This document shows, in pieces, positions 48,631-53,205 of a DNA stretch of 53,205 bases. Below the pieces are notes generated by a model, which saw nothing but the letters and a program-made list of their open reading frames with translations, was not told the origin of the DNA and searched no databases. Made by a program: the position numbers and the translations under genes. Source of the stretch: Octopus sinensis (lineage: Eukaryota); the NCBI RefSeq assembly GCF_006345805.1, contig NW_021831689.1:1-53205 (forward strand). Reading direction: 5' to 3'. Each line of letters begins with the position of its first letter. The first letter of the stretch is position 1.

Positions 48631-48711
48631 AAACACCTCCGTTAACTAACATCCTACAAACATCACAACGAAACGAACTGTTACATTTCTCAGAATATTA
48701 CGCATGCACGT

Positions 48712-48871
48712 ATGAATGTATGTATGTATGTATGTATGTATGTATGTATGTATGTATGTATGTATGTATGTATGTATGTATGTATGTATGTATATATGTA
48801 TGTATGCACGTATGTATACACATATGTATGTATGTATGTACTTATATATGTATGTATGTATGTATGTAAGG

Positions 48872-48904
<33 letters not shown>

Positions 48905-48938
48905 GTGTATGTATGTATGTATGCACGTATGTATGCAC

Positions 48939-48969
<31 letters not shown>

Positions 48970-49010
48970 TGTATGTGTGTATGTATGTGTGTATGCACGT
49001 ATGTATACAC

Positions 49011-49041
<31 letters not shown>

Positions 49042-49198
49042 TGTATGTATGTGTGTATGTATGTATGTATGCATGTATGTATGTATGTCTGTTTGTATGT
49101 GTGTATGTATGTATGTATGTATGTATGTATGTGTGTGTGTATGTATGTGTGTATGTATGTATGTATGTATGTGTGTATGTATGCACGTATGTATACAC

Positions 49199-49229
<31 letters not shown>

Positions 49230-49368
49230 TGTATGTATGTATGTGTGTATGTATGTATGTATGCACGTATGTATGTATGTATGTATTATGTATGCATGTA
49301 TGTATGTATGTATGTATGTATGTATGTATGCACGTATGTATGTATGTATGTATGTATGTATGTATGTA

Positions 49369-49427
<59 letters not shown>

Positions 49428-49590
49428 GTATGCACGTATGTATACACATATGTATGTATTTGTATGTATGTATGTATGTATGTATGTATGTATGTATGTA
49501 TGTGTGTGTGTGTGTGTGTGTGTATGCACGTATGTATGCACATATGTATGTAGGTATGTATGTATATGAGTTTGTATGTATGTGTGTGTG
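48712..49590. repeat. ~880-bp (ATGT)n array with a recurring variant cassette
   Basis: Seen directly. Confidence 0.95.
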
Positions 49591-50219
49591 TGTTCATGCT
49601 TGTGTGTGATGTGTATGATTATACGACTGAATTCATGGACGTTTCTTTTTCGTGCCTTTCTTTCTCTTATCTTTCACTCTTACCGCCTCAACTAACGCTT
49701 GTCACAACTTCCTCTTTCATATCTCCCTCATCTCTCTTTATCTATCTATCTTGCATACCATTTACCATCACAATAAGAGATAACTTTAGTTTCTCTGTTT
49801 TTTAACAAGCGAAACTAGTGAAATTTCCATGAGTTCGCTAGTATGTTTTTTTTAATTTTTTATCGAGAGCTGAGAGCATGTCTTTCTCGTAACAAGTAGT
49901 GTCACGATACCGCTGCTTACGCAACGAAGAAAATTTACTAAGCGACAAAATATATTTGAATCTTGAGATTTACCGAACGAATTCGATTCACCAGTTTGAA
50001 ACAACATGACATCTGAAATGAATGCGACGCGTTATAATATGCGTTGTGTATGGTTGTAGAATTGTATAATTACAGAAGTGCAATGTCATGAAGATAAAGT
50101 CAAATATTGTTCGTTCGCCGCGCATGTAAATCATTATACAAACGAAGAGAAATGAATTTCTTGATATAGAGACATCGATGCATAAATAGGTAGAGATCAA
50201 TGTAAAAATAAGAGATGTG

Positions 50220-50658
50220 GGATCTTTTCGGTTTGAACGGTAGTTTTCTCTAGCGGTGTCATGAAATTGTCACCCATAATTATGACCCTAGTATCGATCT
50301 ATTGCATTTCAATGTTTTAGGGTGAGGGTTAGTTAGGGTTAGGGTTAGGGTTAGGAGTGGGGGGAAGGGTATCTTTTTTTCTTCACAAATGTAAATAAAC
50401 CCAATCTGTTTCTTAAACGAGGGACATATTCATACGGTACAGAATGTTTTTTTTACCTCAATAGACGTATTTGATTGGTTGAAATTGCAGAAATTGAAGA
50501 AAAAAAAAACAACAAATATCTTACAAACTATAGAATTTTCTCAATAAAGCCAAGAGAAAAAGATGTTTTATAAACACATTCTACCAGTATACGAAGTTTA
50601 AAATTTTTTAGTTACCTAGAAATTATTTAAAAAACTGCCGTTCAAACCGAAAAGATCC
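50220..50658 (+). mobile_element. Telomere-repeat MITE, copy 5 (no TSD)
   Basis: Intact TIRs and the longest TTAGGG tract (~50318-50356); flanks GAGATGTG and AAAAATTA do not match. Confidence 0.9.
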
Positions 50659-51009
50659 AAAAATTATATAGATACAAAACAATGCTTTATAACCAAGTGA
50701 TAGAAACTGTAACATCAACAATAATGTAGGGTGAAGGGATCATTACAAAGATCGGTTACAATGTGTGACGGGTATCAATAAAATCGGACGAGTGGGGAAA
50801 CGGGTGGGATCAGACGAAAGATATACAAAATGGAGTTCAGGTAATGTTTAATGATGTAATGTAAAAGGTACATATAGCTAGTTCACAAGTTGACTTACCA
50901 CCTAAAACTTTTAACTTTGATGGCAAATAAAACAAAAAGCAACGATGTTGTAGCTGCGTAGCAATGAATGACTATAGGCAGTTTATCATCGAGCAGATAC
51001 ATGTACAGT

Positions 51010-51193
51010 AGGCGCAGGAGTGGCTGTGAGGTAAGTAGCTTGCTTACCAGCCACATGGTTCCGGATTCATTCCCCTGCGTGGCACCTTGGCAAGTGTCTT
51101 CTACTATAGCCTCGGGCCGACCAAAGCCTTGTGAGTGGATTTGGTAAGACGGTAACTGAAAAGCCCGTCGTATATATGTATATATGTAATATA

Positions 51194-51224
<31 letters not shown>

Positions 51225-51225
51225 A

Positions 51226-51306
<81 letters not shown>

Positions 51307-51522
51307 ATGTGTGTATGTCTGTGTGTCTGTGTTTGTCCCCCCAACATCGCTTAACAACCGATCCTGGTGTGTTTACGTCCCTTTAACTTAGCGGTTCGGC
51401 AAAAGAGACCGATAGAATAAGAACTAGGCTTACAAAAGAATAAGTCCTGGGGTCGATTTGCTCGACTAAAGGTGGTGCTCCAGCATGGATGCAGTCAAAT
51501 GACTGAAACAAGTAAAAGAGTA
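51010..51522 (+). mobile_element. SINE family B, full composite copy
   Basis: GGCGCAGGAGTGGCTG head, ~150-bp (TA)/(TG) middle, 3' module. Confidence 0.9.
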
Positions 51523-52869
51523 GGATGAAAACATTAACAGGCAAATAACTGGTATCGCTTTAGATTATGGTATTTATTTATCTAAACATAATTGTTGATT
51601 TGTTAAAATAGCGTAGATCTAAAGAGACAAGGTATACAGATAGTCTCCGATAGCTGTTTGAAGATTAGATGCACATATAGTGCATTTTCCTTCAAACGAA
51701 GATAAGCAATCCATATACTATTGGACTATCTTCCAAATAGAGTTAGCCAAAGAACCGCACAAATCCAAAATTACTCTGACCATTAAGGATACCAGCTTTC
51801 TACCAACAATTGTTCACCAATCCTCAGGCACGTCCTTAGAATTGTTCTATATGTTCGTAGAATGACTTAAAGGTAACGACTGGTAAAAGTTCTACGTCCG
51901 TACCAAAATCTTGACATTAATATACTGTGACACTAGTTTGTCCGCGGCACATCAGCTATTCTTGTCTCCTCCCGTTGTCATTTATCTTAAAGTCAAACAC
52001 ACGCCTTCATATTCCCTGACCTGGTTGAGGATGTATATGTCTCGCTACACACGAGCGAGAGCTCCCTCTAGTTTCTCTTTCTAAGGCACATGAAAGCTCC
52101 CTCTTTTTTTTTATTCTTTTTTGAAACGTAGATTTTTGTCAAATTTTTCCTTCACCCTTTCTTTTATAAATGTTTCGAACAATGATCCACCAACTTTTGT
52201 GACATAACCAACCCGCTCCTCCTTTGCTTTTTGTGTTGACTCAAATCTGTTCTCAGTTTTGGCGGTATGTTTGTTTACTGAGGGTAGTAGTGATGGCGAT
52301 GGTGGTGTTGTCACCATTTTCCCTTCTATTCGATTTTTAACAACGAAAAGTGCTTCCAACACGAGTCTTTATTTAGTATCTCCCATTACACAAGTATCGG
52401 CATTTGTTCGCTTCCGTAGACAACAATAATAGAAGCAACAACAATAACAACAAAAGCAATAATAGTGCTTTCTTCTATATTCACTACGGCTCATTCATGC
52501 ATACGATGAATGACTTACAAAGATATTACAAAAGCGCGTGGAGGTTATAAAGGAAATTATATAAAAGCAGGTGGAGTGGAAGACATTTTAAAATAAGTTA
52601 CAACGCTAAAGGTTACTAGCACACAATAATTACTCATAATAATTAAATGAGTATGTAAAATATAGACATAATTAAAAAAAAAAGGAAGAGATATAATTCA
52701 AGAAAAATAATCCAAGCCACCCACACACTGATGTGAAACGGCTACAAGGATTAGATCGGATTCCTTCAACTCTGATCACCTCTCTTTGCATTCTCTTAGG
52801 TTACATGTAATGTAGCCTCTACGGCGCTATCTGATCAAAGAGGTCCACATACCGTGTTCTGAATCACCA

Positions 52870-53017
<148 letters not shown>

Positions 53018-53205
53018 GACTGGCTGACGTGATGTCGCATCGTCTCCGCAGGTAACCCCTTTTTTTCGACCTTCTATTGCACACATTTTGTTCCAATTTT
53101 TACACACAAGGTGTGTAAAACACCCGCTGTTTTCGTTTGAGTGTATTTTCAAGGGAGGAGTTGACCCCTAGGGTTAGTTTCAAACTTGTTTACAATTCCA
53201 TTTTC

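Noticed and set aside
2177-49609. Long ORFs such as MYVCMYVC, HTYIHTYI, poly-I, poly-L and poly-G
   Set aside because: They are translations of microsatellites and are open on both strands and in several frames.
51600-52050. Possible CR1/L2 RT remnant
   Set aside because: Only a few ambiguous residues match.
52111-52362. 83-aa minus-strand ORF
   Set aside because: No true ATG at the called start, no splice support and no recognisable homology.

Overview
AT-rich eukaryotic DNA, most likely octopus/cephalopod (inferred from the SINE families and the dense (ATAC)n, (AGAT)n and (TA)n microsatellites). The window is dominated by mobile-element debris: at least four tRNA-derived SINE families; RTE, L1/Tx1 and R4/Dong-like LINE fragments; Penelope-like element (PLE) remnants of probably three clades, several with minimal hammerhead-ribozyme motifs; Tc1/mariner derivatives; and Helitrons (a 4-unit head-to-tail concatemer nested in a Helentron/DINE-like element, solo copies, and a PIF1-helicase-bearing deletion derivative). 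Five copies of a ~420-440 bp TIR MITE with 8-bp TSDs carry an internal telomeric (TTAGGG)n tract. Most ORFs in the supplied track are microsatellite artefacts. A few small phase-2 exons on the minus strand may belong to a large host gene with fibronectin type III repeats. The best leads are the telomere-repeat MITE, the Helitron concatemer, fixed-junction SINE dimers that appear to move as a unit, and variant hammerhead motifs. All calls come from reading the sequence by eye; no database searches were run.
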